DNA from: Spartobacteria bacterium
GTDB lineage: Bacteria > Verrucomicrobiota > Verrucomicrobiia > Chthoniobacterales > UBA6821
DNA length: 64,000 nt
Reading direction: 5' to 3'
Assembly: GCA_947487385.1 (NCBI GenBank)
Contig: CANKWU010000001.1
Coordinates: 203,421 to 267,420, forward strand
The translations under genes and the position numbers were made by a program. The notes beneath the pieces were generated by a model that worked only from the letters and a program-made list of their open reading frames with translations, was not told the DNA's origin and did not search any database. This document shows, in pieces, positions 56,461-64,000 of this stretch. How positions within the stretch are numbered: position 1 is the first letter of the stretch; the number at the start of each line of letters is the position of its first letter.

Positions 56461-58074
56461 ATGGGCGATTCCTTTAAAATCCAGAACCTAACTGCTGCCC
56501 ATATGGTTCGTATACTTTCACTCCTTATCACGGGGACTGTTTGGTTCGTGGTGATTCGGATGATTCAAAACGACTGGAGAATTGATCCCCAGTACAGTTA
56601 CGGATTGCTGGTGCCGTTTCTAGTGATCGGATTGCTGATAAAGCGACGAGAGGATTGTCCGGCTCCGGAGCCCCTGGGAGTAGGTGCGTCCGTTGGTGCG
56701 GGGATTGTCATGGTTACAGCCTCTCTTCTGCTGGCAGGGGTGATTCCATTAGCCGAAGCAAATCCCGACTGGCGCCCTCTGGGTGTAGTTGCCGCATTGG
56801 CGGCGGTAACGATCACTCTCTGTCTGATCATCTTCCGAGGAGGGAAAGCGTGGCTGAAACATTATGCTTTTGCCGTGGGGTTTTTCCTGATTGCTGTTCC
56901 TTGGCCTCGCAATCTCGAGCAGTCAGTGATGTCCCATCTGATGTCGTGGAACACTGCAACGACCATTGAGATTCTCCATTGGTGCGGCTACGAGGCCGTA
57001 AGACAGTGCAATTTAATCGTCATTCCTGCGGGTATTCTGGGTATTGAAGAAGCATGCAGTGGACTCCGCTCACTTCAGAGTGGACTGATGGTGGCACTTT
57101 TCTTTGGTGAGGTCTTTCGGTTAACAGTTTCAAGGCGGCTCGCTCTTCTTCTCTTGGCCTTGATGGCTGCCTTGACGGGCAATATCTTACGCAGTTCGTT
57201 TCTTTGTATTCTGGCTTACAGGCAGGGAATGGCCTCGATCCCTTCCTGGCATGATCCTGCGGGCTTTATTGTTCTCCTCCTGAGTATTCTGATTGTTTTT
57301 GGTGTCTCTTTCATGTGGCGTTCCCGATCCAAGGAGGCCGATCGTTCCAAGAATAGGAATGGAGGATTTCTTGCCATGTCTCCAGGAGCTCCATCTAGAG
57401 CTTTGCTTTCATTAGTTCTCTTCATACTGTTAGTGCCGATGATCCTGACGGAGGTCTGGTTTCGAATCCATGATCTTCCATTTGATAGCAACTGGGGATG
57501 GCAGATTGAACCAAGACAGGGAGCGCCAGGGGTTTCGCGAGTGACGGTGGCTCCGGCTACACGTCGCATGCTTTTTTACCCACAGGGCTTCTCGGAGAAA
57601 TGGTCCGGTTCTGGAGGAGAAATTGGGCAGGTTTTTGTTTTCCAGTGGCCGACTGGCCGGACTGCTCTCCAGTCAGTCCAGATGCATAGTCCGGAAGTCT
57701 GTCTTGCCAGCATGGGGATGCATTTAGAGAAAAAGCTTTTCGATTTTAACATCAACTTCGGTGCGGGTGGGGAGTTACTGTTCCATTCATGGCTCTTCAC
57801 CCAGCAGGGGCGTCCTGTCTATGTGTTTCATTCCATTCTCGAGCAGGGTGAAGGGCCGTTAGGATCCAGCATCACCACGGATCAGACCTCAAAGGGAAGG
57901 CTTGAGAATCTCAAGATTGGCAAACGCAACAGGGGTCAGCGAATGATTGAGGTCGCTTTTTGGAATCTGCATGACGAGTCCCAAGCAAGAGGCGCTCTAG
58001 CTCGGTATCTCGGGGAGAGTTTGAGGATGACCCCAACGCAGTTCCCAGAACTTCCCCAAAAATCCCATGAGTGA
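56461..58074 (+). CDS. Exosortase fused to an EpsI-like C-terminal domain
   Basis: YSYGLLVP, IEEACSGLRSL (catalytic Cys), GNILR (Arg), WHDPAG (His); C-terminal HSPEVC (EpsI-type motif). Confidence 0.85.
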   Translation: MGDSFKIQNLTAAHMVRILSLLITGTVWFVVIRMIQNDWRIDPQYSYGLLVPFLVIGLLIKRREDCPAPEPLGVGASVGAGIVMVTASLLLAGVIPLAEANPDWRPLGVVAALAAVTITLCLIIFRGGKAWLKHYAFAVGFFLIAVPWPRNLEQSVMSHLMSWNTATTIEILHWCGYEAVRQCNLIVIPAGILGIEEACSGLRSLQSGLMVALFFGEVFRLTVSRRLALLLLALMAALTGNILRSSFLCILAYRQGMASIPSWHDPAGFIVLLLSILIVFGVSFMWRSRSKEADRSKNRNGGFLAMSPGAPSRALLSLVLFILLVPMILTEVWFRIHDLPFDSNWGWQIEPRQGAPGVSRVTVAPATRRMLFYPQGFSEKWSGSGGEIGQVFVFQWPTGRTALQSVQMHSPEVCLASMGMHLEKKLFDFNINFGAGGELLFHSWLFTQQGRPVYVFHSILEQGEGPLGSSITTDQTSKGRLENLKIGKRNRGQRMIEVAFWNLHDESQARGALARYLGESLRMTPTQFPELPQKSHE

Positions 58075-59917
58075 GATGAATCGTCCAGATCACGCGCCTG
58101 AACGAGGTTCATATCCTTCAGAATTGCCCGACTATGCCGAAGAAGTGCATCCGCAGGTTACGGAATCCGATGGTATTCACACTCAACATTCTCAACGCCT
58201 GAGCCGATGGATAGGGATGGGGGCTGTTCTTCTCCTCCTCTTGGTCCTGACTCCCTCCCTCTACCGCATGGCTAAGGAATGGCGATCCGGTGAGCTTCTC
58301 CGGAAATCCGAGAGTGCCTTCGCTATCGGGGATTCAGCTCTTGCACTCAACCTGCTTAAACAATCCCTTGCCCTATCTCCCGGAAGTCCCCGTGCCCAGC
58401 ATGCCGTTGAGCTCTACAATGCAAGGTCAGGCGATCATCCCTCGTTGAATAAACTTCTTGATCGCATGCGTTCGGGAACCTCTAGCCCTGATGAACTCCT
58501 TGGCATTGTCGAACTAGAGATAGCTTCCGGGCACCCGGAACTTGTGCAAGAAGCCCTGGGTATGCTCCCCCCTAAGTTGAGTGATGAACAGTCCCTTCGA
58601 CGCGCTCTTGCCTTGGCGTCGCTGATGGCTCAGAGCGGAGACTTTGCCAAGGCTGCCGAGAGCTGTCTTGCCAAAGCGCCCTCCTTTTCACCTGAGAGTG
58701 CTTCACACCTCAGGGTGCAGGCCGCGCTCTATCTTCTTGCAACAAAGAGTCCGGAGAGTGCGAAAAATGCCGTGGAGTTGCTGCAAAATGCTGTAAAAGG
58801 TGGGAGTAGAATCTCTCTCTCAGCTTGGCGTTTTCTTGCGAAGATCGTCTTGTCGCGACCTCAAGGTTATTCGGAGCTTCTCACTCCGGTTGAGATCACC
58901 TCGTTGATTAAATCTCTTGATTCGTTGCCCGGTCACACGGTGATCGACTCCCTCACCGCAGCGGACTTGGAGATCCTTAAGGATCCCAAGGATAGCCAGA
59001 GGATTGTGAATCATCTCAAGTCATCTTCACATAATACATCCCGGACCGAGTCGCTTGAATTTGCTCGGTGGCTCAATGCGAGGGGCTTTCATGAGGAAGT
59101 CATTGAGATTGCCGGTTCCGAGCGTCCGCTCAGGGACACGGATTGGCTTCTTGTCACTCTGGATGCGGAGACTTCCCTTGGGAATTGGAAAGAGGTTTCG
59201 AGGATGCTTGATTCACCCGCAGGGGCTGGTATTCCCGATGCAGTCAGGCATCTCTTCTTAGCTCGTGTGGCTCTGATGAACGGTAATCAGAGTGGAGCCG
59301 AGGAGGAGTGGAGGAATGTTGGGGGAGCCCTTCACTTGGAAAAGCCGGCGACTCTGGCTTATATCGCGGGCTACGAGGAACAAATCGGAGCCGTCGACCG
59401 GGCGGCGAGAACCTACCGCGAGATGGCTCAACGCGAGGGGGCAACCAGGATTCTCGGACTAATAGGCTTGATCCGGTGCCAACCGCACAACACCCCGGCT
59501 GTCCAACTCATCCCGATATACGAAGAACTCGTCTCGGCGGCTCCGGCCATGACCGATGCCCGAGGTGACCTCTGCTACCTGAAATTGCTGATCCCTGATG
59601 ATGTGGAAGAGTCTTTGAAGACGTCGGAAAAGCTCTTGGAAACGCAACCCAATAATCTTGTGCGAATCAGTGCCGTCGCACTGGGAAAGCTCAGGACTGG
59701 AGATTCCAAGGGGGCCCTTGATCTCTACAAGGGCAAGCTGATCGACTGGTCCGCAGCCCCAGAACCATGGAAAGGGGTGCGAGTGGCGGTGTTGAGAGCT
59801 AATAATGATCCCGATGGAGCGGCAAAGATTCTTGCCATGATTGATCGGAAAAACCTGAGGCCCGAGGAAGTGGCGCTAATTGCTCTCCCGGCCCAGAAAA
59901 AGAATCTTAAACCGTAA
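58067..59917 (+). CDS. Membrane-anchored alpha-helical (TPR-like) hypothetical protein
   Basis: Single TM near the N-terminus (WIGMGAVLLLLLVLTP), then Ala/Leu-rich helical repeats; overlaps the exosortase stop. Confidence 0.7.
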   Translation: MSEMNRPDHAPERGSYPSELPDYAEEVHPQVTESDGIHTQHSQRLSRWIGMGAVLLLLLVLTPSLYRMAKEWRSGELLRKSESAFAIGDSALALNLLKQSLALSPGSPRAQHAVELYNARSGDHPSLNKLLDRMRSGTSSPDELLGIVELEIASGHPELVQEALGMLPPKLSDEQSLRRALALASLMAQSGDFAKAAESCLAKAPSFSPESASHLRVQAALYLLATKSPESAKNAVELLQNAVKGGSRISLSAWRFLAKIVLSRPQGYSELLTPVEITSLIKSLDSLPGHTVIDSLTAADLEILKDPKDSQRIVNHLKSSSHNTSRTESLEFARWLNARGFHEEVIEIAGSERPLRDTDWLLVTLDAETSLGNWKEVSRMLDSPAGAGIPDAVRHLFLARVALMNGNQSGAEEEWRNVGGALHLEKPATLAYIAGYEEQIGAVDRAARTYREMAQREGATRILGLIGLIRCQPHNTPAVQLIPIYEELVSAAPAMTDARGDLCYLKLLIPDDVEESLKTSEKLLETQPNNLVRISAVALGKLRTGDSKGALDLYKGKLIDWSAAPEPWKGVRVAVLRANNDPDGAAKILAMIDRKNLRPEEVALIALPAQKKNLKP

Positions 59918-59946
59918 TCATTAGCCCTAAGATGAGACTGCGGTGG

Positions 59947-60642
59947 TTACTCTAATATGCGGGTGAAGTTCTTTGCAGGCTCGCGTTCCGTGCAGAGAGT
60001 ATTTTCGATTTTTTCCGAATCACTATAACCCAGTGCCATGCCGCAGACGAGCATCTGTCGTTCGGGAATCTCCAGATGCTGCGCTATGATGCGGTGGTAT
60101 TTGCAGAAAGCTGCCTGAGGGCAGGTATCGAGTCCGCGGGCCCGAGCCGCAAGCATGACGTTCTGCAGAAACATGCCGTAGTCGAGCCAGCTACCCTGTC
60201 CCATGATCCGGTCAATAGTGAAAAAGAGACCGACTGGAGCATCGAAGAAGGCGTAGTTGCGGGCAAACTGTTGCTCCATGCGCTTGCTCTCCCCCTTGGC
60301 AATGCCGAGTAGTCCGTAGAGGTCGTAGCCGACTTTGCGCCTACGATCGATATAGGGAGCTAACCACTTTTCCGGATAGTAGGAGTATTCCTGTTTATGT
60401 TCAGCATCACGGATCGGATCGAGGGCTGTCTCGATGAGTTCCCGGGAAAGAGACTCCTTCTTCTCCCCGCTCACCACGATCACTTGCCAAGGCTGCGTAT
60501 TCGTCCCGGAAGGGGCGCGGGATGCGATATCCAGAATCTCCAGAGTAGTTTCCTTAGGCACGGGGGTTGGCAGAAATCCCCGCACCGAGCGTCTTCCACG
60601 GATCACCTCATCAACGATCCTGGTGATTTCCGCCTGCTTCAT
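59947..60642 (-). CDS. Nitroreductase family protein
   Basis: RRSVRGF, RAPSGTNTQPW, FFDAPVGL, LAARARGLDTCPQ. Confidence 0.93.
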   Translation of the reverse strand: MKQAEITRIVDEVIRGRRSVRGFLPTPVPKETTLEILDIASRAPSGTNTQPWQVIVVSGEKKESLSRELIETALDPIRDAEHKQEYSYYPEKWLAPYIDRRRKVGYDLYGLLGIAKGESKRMEQQFARNYAFFDAPVGLFFTIDRIMGQGSWLDYGMFLQNVMLAARARGLDTCPQAAFCKYHRIIAQHLEIPERQMLVCGMALGYSDSEKIENTLCTEREPAKNFTRILE

Positions 60643-60665
60643 GTCCTGCTTTCGGTGTGGTGCCG

Positions 60666-60693
60666 TTTAGCCTTTAGCCTTTAGCCTTCATCC
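60666..60693. repeat. 7-nt-period tandem array (TTTAGCC)x3 plus TTCATCC
   Basis: Perfect heptamer copies at the boundary of the GC-richer GH1 segment. Confidence 0.85.
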
Positions 60694-60708
60694 TTTCATC
60701 TCTCCTCT

Positions 60709-62052
60709 TCACGGCTCCGGATATGCCTCGATGAACTTGGCGTACCACAAGGCGGAGGGGGTGGGGATGCGGTTGTGGGTCTTCTTGTCGTAGGAGAAGA
60801 GGCCGAACTGTGCGTGGTTCCAACCTTCGGTCCACTCGTAGTTGTCGACGAGGGTCCATGGGAAATAACCCCTGACATCCACTCCCTCGTTGATCGCGCG
60901 GCGCATCTGCGCGATGTGTTCTCGGAAGTAACGGATCGATTTCTGGCCGCTCTGGGTGCCGATGCCATTCTCGGAGATGACGATCGGCTTGTGGTAGCGC
61001 CCGTCGATATCCTTGAGGATGTGATAGAGACCCGTGGGGACGATCTCCCATCCGAGCTGGGTATATCCGGAGTTATGCTCCCCGCTGGGTCGGAAGATGA
61101 AGCGAATCGCGCTGGCCTGCTGTGAGTAGTAGTAGTTCACCCCGATCAGGTCGCAGGTGTCGGCCACCATGTCGAGTTGGTCGAAGTTCTGGTGCTGCAT
61201 CAGGTTGTAGACGGAGCGCGTGGGGTCGAGGAAGCGGGCCTTATTCCAGTGGGGCAGGGAATAGATGCCCATGATCAGTGCGTCAGGTCGCTCTTCCCTG
61301 GCGATCCCAGCGGCGTCGCGGAACATGTCGGCGGAGACGCGCATCGCCTTTTTGTAGGAGCCGGGACGCATCAGGAGTCCGGGGGGCCAGTGAGCGGCCA
61401 GCCATCCAAGTTGGAGGGCCCCATTAGGCTCGTTCTGCGGGATATAGATCCGGACATCCCCCTTGGTGGCCTTTACGACGCGCCGGACGTGGGCCTGCCA
61501 GGCGGTGCGGACGTCGGGGTTGAGGAAGTTGGCCTTGGTCTTGTCCTTGGGATAGAGCCAGTCTGGGAAAGTGAAGTGCCAGAGGGTAATGAGCGGCTCG
61601 ATCCCGGCCTCACGGCACTTGCGCGCCATCCCGGCATACTGGCGGAGGGCCGCCTCGTTGATGACGCCCATACGCGGCTCGATCCGTGCCCATTCGACGC
61701 CGAAGCGGAAATGATTCACTCCCAGTTTTTGGAGGGCGGCCAGATCCTTGTCGAATTCGCTCCAGGAAAAGACTCCCTCGTCACCGCGGGGAGGAGCCCC
61801 TCCCTCATCGGCAAAGCAGTCCCAATCCGTCCTGTAATACCACTTGGAACCGAGGGGGCATCCCCGGTCCTCATTCTGGAACGATGCGGTGGAGGTGCCC
61901 CACCAGAATGGCTCTTTTGGCAGTTTTTTTAGAACGATCGCCTTGGCCGGAGGCCGGTAGTGAGGAACGGGCGAGATGCATCCGCTGAAGGCAAGGGTGA
62001 GCAGAAGTAGCAGGAAAAACGTTATCTTTATCCGTAAGGTTGCTTGATGCAT
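60709..62052 (-). CDS. Glycoside hydrolase family 1, lipoprotein
   Basis: Lipobox FSGC; FWWGTSTASFQ, RFGVEWARIEP, acid/base NEP, nucleophile ISENG, DNYEW. ATG 62052 preferred over 62184. Confidence 0.9.
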   Translation of the reverse strand: MHQATLRIKITFFLLLLLTLAFSGCISPVPHYRPPAKAIVLKKLPKEPFWWGTSTASFQNEDRGCPLGSKWYYRTDWDCFADEGGAPPRGDEGVFSWSEFDKDLAALQKLGVNHFRFGVEWARIEPRMGVINEAALRQYAGMARKCREAGIEPLITLWHFTFPDWLYPKDKTKANFLNPDVRTAWQAHVRRVVKATKGDVRIYIPQNEPNGALQLGWLAAHWPPGLLMRPGSYKKAMRVSADMFRDAAGIAREERPDALIMGIYSLPHWNKARFLDPTRSVYNLMQHQNFDQLDMVADTCDLIGVNYYYSQQASAIRFIFRPSGEHNSGYTQLGWEIVPTGLYHILKDIDGRYHKPIVISENGIGTQSGQKSIRYFREHIAQMRRAINEGVDVRGYFPWTLVDNYEWTEGWNHAQFGLFSYDKKTHNRIPTPSALWYAKFIEAYPEP

Positions 62053-62087
62053 GGGACAAGCCCTAGTAGCAAGGGATCGAACGATCA

Positions 62088-63038
62088 ATGATGAAGCGCA
62101 TTTTTTCCCTCTCTGCCACGGCATTGCTGCTGACGATGGTGCAGCCGCTAAGGGCCATCGATCTGCCCGACGGCCGTCTGGCACCCGACACCCTCATGCT
62201 GAACGACGGCAGCGAGCTCCACGGCCTCATCCTCAAGAACGACGCTAAGGGGGTGATTCTCCAACAGCGCATGGGCGAGGTGACGATCCCCAAGTCAAGG
62301 ATCCGCCGGATCATGGACGAGGGAGATGCCTTGGTCTACTTCGCTGAGATCGCCGATCCGGGCAAGCTTCCCCCATGGCGGATGATCGTTCAGGACCTTC
62401 GCACCGATGACAATATCCGATCCTTCAGGCAGGTGCCCGCCACGACGATCGACAATGGTCGTCTGCGCAACATTCCCTACCTCTCCTTCAGGGTGAACAA
62501 GCGCACCGAGCTGAATGTGTACGGCAATCCCGAGGATCCGGTATGCGTGGAGTTCGGTGTCTACGGCAAGGGGCTCGCGCTGAAGCGCTTCAAGAATGTC
62601 GCTAGGGACTATCTGGCCGGTATCCTGACATCCCGGGACGAGATTTCCGCACTGTATGGGATCAGTGACCGCGGCGGTGTCAGGAAAGTCGGAAAGTTCA
62701 CCTTCGAGGTGGCCCCTCAGGATGCACCCGATTCCTACGGGGGATGGTGGATCTCGATCTATGATGCAAAACGCCTCGACCTTGCCCGTGTCTCCGATGA
62801 CGAGTATCGCAGGAACACGCTCCCCTTCCATGTGGTCAATGACTCCCGAGGCGAGCTGAGGATGGATCGCCAAAAGAACTTCGAAAAATTCCTCTCCGGC
62901 ACCACTCAGTCGTGGTCGGAAATGGTTCCTGATCTGAGGGGATTTTACCGCGACTCGATGGGTGACCTGAAGTTGCTCACCGCGAAGGCGACGGACAAGC
63001 TCAAGCAGTCCACCTCCGCCACCACGCCACGCCCATGA
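62088..63038 (+). CDS. Exported hypothetical protein
   Basis: Signal peptide; N-terminal DTLMLNDGSELHGLI...VTIPKSRIRRI beta module; ATGA-coupled to the next GH1. Confidence 0.75.
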   Translation: MMKRIFSLSATALLLTMVQPLRAIDLPDGRLAPDTLMLNDGSELHGLILKNDAKGVILQQRMGEVTIPKSRIRRIMDEGDALVYFAEIADPGKLPPWRMIVQDLRTDDNIRSFRQVPATTIDNGRLRNIPYLSFRVNKRTELNVYGNPEDPVCVEFGVYGKGLALKRFKNVARDYLAGILTSRDEISALYGISDRGGVRKVGKFTFEVAPQDAPDSYGGWWISIYDAKRLDLARVSDDEYRRNTLPFHVVNDSRGELRMDRQKNFEKFLSGTTQSWSEMVPDLRGFYRDSMGDLKLLTAKATDKLKQSTSATTPRP

Positions 63039-64000
63039 CCAAGTCCAAGACCAAGACCAAGACCAAGACCAAGTTCATCCTTCCCGCGGCCGTCGCGGCC
63101 ATCCTGACAATCCTTCCCGGTTGCGTCCTCCATCCGCTCGGCCCGCTCGACAAGGCCCCGGAGAACCGCGCGGAAAAGCTCAAGGGTTACGCCCCCTTCG
63201 CCTGGGGCATCTCCACCAGCAGTCTCCAGTACGAGAACAAGGCGGAAAAGCCCGGTGAGAAGAACTACTATGTGCGCGACTGGGACCTACTCGTTCAGCA
63301 GAAGAAAGCCCCCGTTGTGGGGGATGCCCTCTACACTTGGAGTGACTTTGACAAGGATCTCGCCGCCCTGAAGAAGATCGGCGTCACTCATTACCGCTTC
63401 AGCATCGAGTGGGCCCGTGTCGAACCGCATCCCGGCCACTACAACGAGGAGGCTGTGCAGGGGTATGTTCGTATGTGCCGGAAGCTGAAGGAGGCTGGAA
63501 TCGAGCCGGTTGTGACCCTCTGGCACTTCACCTTCCCTGCTTGGCTCACCGACCCTAAAGATAACTCCAAGACCAATTGGCTTCATCCGTTGGCCCGGGA
63601 ACGCTGGAACCTCTACGTGAAAATGATGGTTGTGGCGACGGCCCCTTACGCCACCTACTATGCACCGGAGAACGAGCCGAACGGGCAGGTTCTTACCGCC
63701 TACATCATAGGTCTCTGGCCTCCCTGCCACACTTTTGATTTTAAGGGCTACAAAGCCGCGACGATCGCCAGCGCAGACATGTTCCGTGATGCCGCGGCAC
63801 GGATTAAGAAAGTGAAGCCCTCGGCCAAGGTTCTGAGCGTTGAGGCGCTCCCTTGGTGGACACCCGCCCCACTCGATCCTGGCGGTCTGCTCTACAATAC
63901 GGTCATGCATTCCAATTTTGACCACCTCGACCGGATCTACGATGTCTGTGATATTATTGGATTTAACTATTACTACAGTCAGATGGCCGGTCCTCTGAGT
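63035..64000 (+). CDS. Glycoside hydrolase family 1, lipoprotein, 3'-partial (absent from the ORF track)
   Basis: Manual translation: MTKSKTKTKTKTKFILPAAVAAILTILPGC...FAWGISTSSLQYE...RFSIEWARVEP...TLWHFTFP...ENEPNG...GFNYYYSQ; open to the window end. Confidence 0.9.
   Translation, partial: MTKSKTKTKTKTKFILPAAVAAILTILPGCVLHPLGPLDKAPENRAEKLKGYAPFAWGISTSSLQYENKAEKPGEKNYYVRDWDLLVQQKKAPVVGDALYTWSDFDKDLAALKKIGVTHYRFSIEWARVEPHPGHYNEEAVQGYVRMCRKLKEAGIEPVVTLWHFTFPAWLTDPKDNSKTNWLHPLARERWNLYVKMMVVATAPYATYYAPENEPNGQVLTAYIIGLWPPCHTFDFKGYKAATIASADMFRDAAARIKKVKPSAKVLSVEALPWWTPAPLDPGGLLYNTVMHSNFDHLDRIYDVCDIIGFNYYYSQMAGPLS
63038..63073 (+). repeat. Hexamer tandem repeat (ACCAAG)n encoding TK repeats
   Basis: accaag-tccaag-(accaag)x4 in the signal-peptide n-region of the GH1. 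Confidence 0.9.

Noticed and set aside
20340-60693. Short repeats as a CRISPR array
   Set aside because: Units are 7-9 nt, tandem and degenerate, with no 23-47-nt repeats separated by unique spacers and no cas genes.
62053-62184. N-terminal extension of the GH1 to 62184
   Set aside because: It overlaps the divergent gene and would bury the lipoprotein signal that begins at 62052.
63287-63925. 212-aa minus-strand ORF
   Set aside because: Antisense to the real GH1 gene on the plus strand, which the ORF track missed because it has no stop in the window.
1-64000. tRNA, rRNA, integrase or IS transposase genes
   Set aside because: No cloverleaf or T-loop signatures, rRNA-like tracts, or DDE/tyrosine-recombinase motifs were seen by eye; tRNAscan-SE and ISEScan would be decisive.

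Overview
Bacterial chromosomal window with PVC/Verrucomicrobiota-like gene content (inferred from the protein families; not confirmed by search). I found no rRNA, tRNA, CRISPR array, integrase or intact transposase. From 5' to 3' it holds: DUF1844, a chalcone-isomerase-fold protein and futalosine-pathway mqnE-mqnA; a decayed membrane-protein gene; an RND efflux pair plus HdeD; a TetR-like gene with an ABC1 kinase; a TPR-TPR-ExbB-ExbD-ExbD-TonB-like operon followed by bamD-lptE-rsmI; a housekeeping block (accA, two L,D-transpeptidase-family genes, ispH, nnr, bcp, sensor kinase, pepF, gpmA, murA, prmC-prfA-rpmE, an Ahb/Nir-like gene, bioD, acyP, proA); a mosaic exopolysaccharide locus (four GT4s, CapK-like ligase, Wzy-like protein, WcaF, YdcF, priming transferase, exosortase-EpsI fusion); and a GC-richer end with two paralogous GH1 lipoproteins around a secreted unknown protein. 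Most interesting: (1) a family of 7-, 8- and 9-nt-period tandem repeats arranged as purine/pyrimidine inverted arms at many gene junctions, which also sits in frame inside glycosyltransferase genes; (2) a probable proton-motive envelope machine whose TonB-like subunit carries a compositionally distinct PA14-like head instead of a TonB C-terminal domain; (3) exported GH1 lipoprotein paralogs; (4) a visible cassette-replacement scar in the EPS locus. All product calls come from motif recognition by eye; GC values are hand counts of single 60-nt lines.
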